This document shows, in pieces, positions 62,817-64,000 of a DNA stretch of 64,000 bases. Every line of letters begins with the position of its first letter. Within the stretch, counting starts at the first letter, position 1. The stretch lies in contig CM059432.1 in assembly GCA_030390025.1 (NCBI GenBank), positions 41,170,001 through 41,234,000 on the forward strand, written 5' to 3'. The DNA is from Squalus acanthias. Its lineage: Eukaryota. The notes under the pieces are model-generated. The model ran no database searches. It was given only the letters and a program-made list of their open reading frames with translations, and had not been told where the DNA came from. A program made the position numbers and the translations under genes.

Positions 62817-64000
62817 GGCCGTGAAATTCGGCACCTTGGCGCTGGTAGTTAAGGCTGGTTTGGAGAAAAAAATGGCGGTCGCCTCGCTTATGTTCACTTA
62901 CGGCGTGGCCCGCACTGTTCGCCATCTTGGTGAGGGCGATAGAGCGGGCGTGCGTACACTGGCAGTATGCAGAGTAGGCAGATTGTGACGTCGGCATGTA
63001 ACATTGATTTGACACACGACCTGTCTTTTTGGACATCGCCACTCCAATCAACGCCCTCTCCTAAACACACACAGCTGAACGAGGGACCACCCACCAGCGC
63101 TATTTAAAGGGAAACATCCAACTTGCAGGTAAGTTGATTATTTCACTTGTAATGGCTTTTGCAGAGTTTATATCAATACTGGCTTGCTGGAAGACATTTA
63201 TAATGTTGTTAAAATGTGCAGAGTGTGCTGCTGGACGTTGGGAAGGCGTTGGCTACTACTGGAAGGCCTCTGAGTACACCACTTGCTCCCAGTCATGGGG
63301 ACTATACTTGCAATCCCCCTCGCGCTGCAGCATGATGGAGATGGAGCAGAGGCAGCAAAGAAGACAAGCTGCTCGGAGAGGAAGGGGGAGGAGGGCTCTC
63401 AGCAGGAAGCCTTACCCACCTTGGGTCTTCAGGGAGCACTTCTACCTGCACCTAGGCCAGGAGCAGTGCGTTTGGCGGCTCCGCTTCACAGAACTCTGCC
63501 ACCTCTTGGAACCAGACCTGCAGCCTCAGAGCAGGGCAACGACGGCTCTGGCAGTGGCCCTAAATTTTTACGCCAGCAGATCCTTCCAGGCTGGAACAGA
63601 TGACATAGCAAACATCTCGCAGTTCGGCATCAATCGCTGCATCCAGGAGGTCACAGAGGCTCTGTACTCTAGGAGAAGGGACTTCATTGTCTTCTCTCTA
63701 AACAGAGAGAAGCAGGAAGAGTGCGCATGTGACTTTGCCAGGATATTGGGCTTCCCCTCGGTGCAGGGCGCCATCGACTGCACACACGTGGCTTTGGGAG
63801 CGCCGCATATCAATACTAAGATGTACCATAACCGCAAAGGGTACCACTCACTTAATGTGCAGTTGGTGTGTGACCGCGCCAGCACATCATGATGGTGAAT
63901 GCCCTGTATCCTGGCAGCAGCCATGATTCCTTCATCTTGTGCCAGTCCGCTGTGCCAGCAATCTTCCAGCGACCACGTCGAACCCAAAGGTGGCTGCGAG
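62817..64000 (+). mobile_element. PIF/Harbinger transposon, left part; runs off the window
   Basis: Starts TAA|GGCCGTGAAATTC; 5' intron donor CAG|GTAAGT near 63129; transposase downstream. Confidence 0.8.
63295..64000 (+). pseudogene. Harbinger DDE transposase (HARBI1-like), frameshifted
   Basis: ALNFYASRSFQ, GFPSVQGAIDCTHVAL and NRKGYHSLNVQLVCD, then after a frameshift YPGSSHDSFIL. Confidence 0.88.

Noticed and set aside
63134..63892. Domesticated HARBI1 gene
   Set aside because: Frameshifted, lies inside a TIR-bearing element, and has no intact ORF.

Overview
Vertebrate genomic DNA, most likely a cartilaginous fish (inferred from the repeat families, not proven). The window lies inside a large RAD54B gene on the + strand. 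Four coding exons (26619-26888, 54714-55007, 56073-56235, 57342-57567) splice in frame across AG/GT-bounded introns, one of them about 27.8 kb. Most of the rest is transposable-element DNA: many CR1 LINEs (one with intact ORF1 and ORF2 at about 434-5011), L2, RTE/BovB-like and Vingi/Ingi-like LINE relics, SINEs, PIF/Harbinger elements and MITEs, hAT MITEs, two satellite/minisatellite arrays and a solo LTR. The most notable structures are: (i) three CR1 elements sharing a 5' design of tandem repeats, Pol II promoter motifs and a splice donor, one with a 2.4 kb satellite as its 5' end; (ii) TSD-bounded 5'-inverted (twin-priming-like) insertions of RTE and CR1 elements; (iii) a solo LTR with a ~400 bp internal inverted duplication bounded by a 33-bp self-complementary direct repeat; (iv) a CR1 subfamily with a duplicated, A>G-biased 3'UTR; (v) a Harbinger element with two right ends enclosing possibly captured DNA. 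I found no convincing novel protein-coding system. Boundaries of degenerate repeats are approximate and were read by eye.
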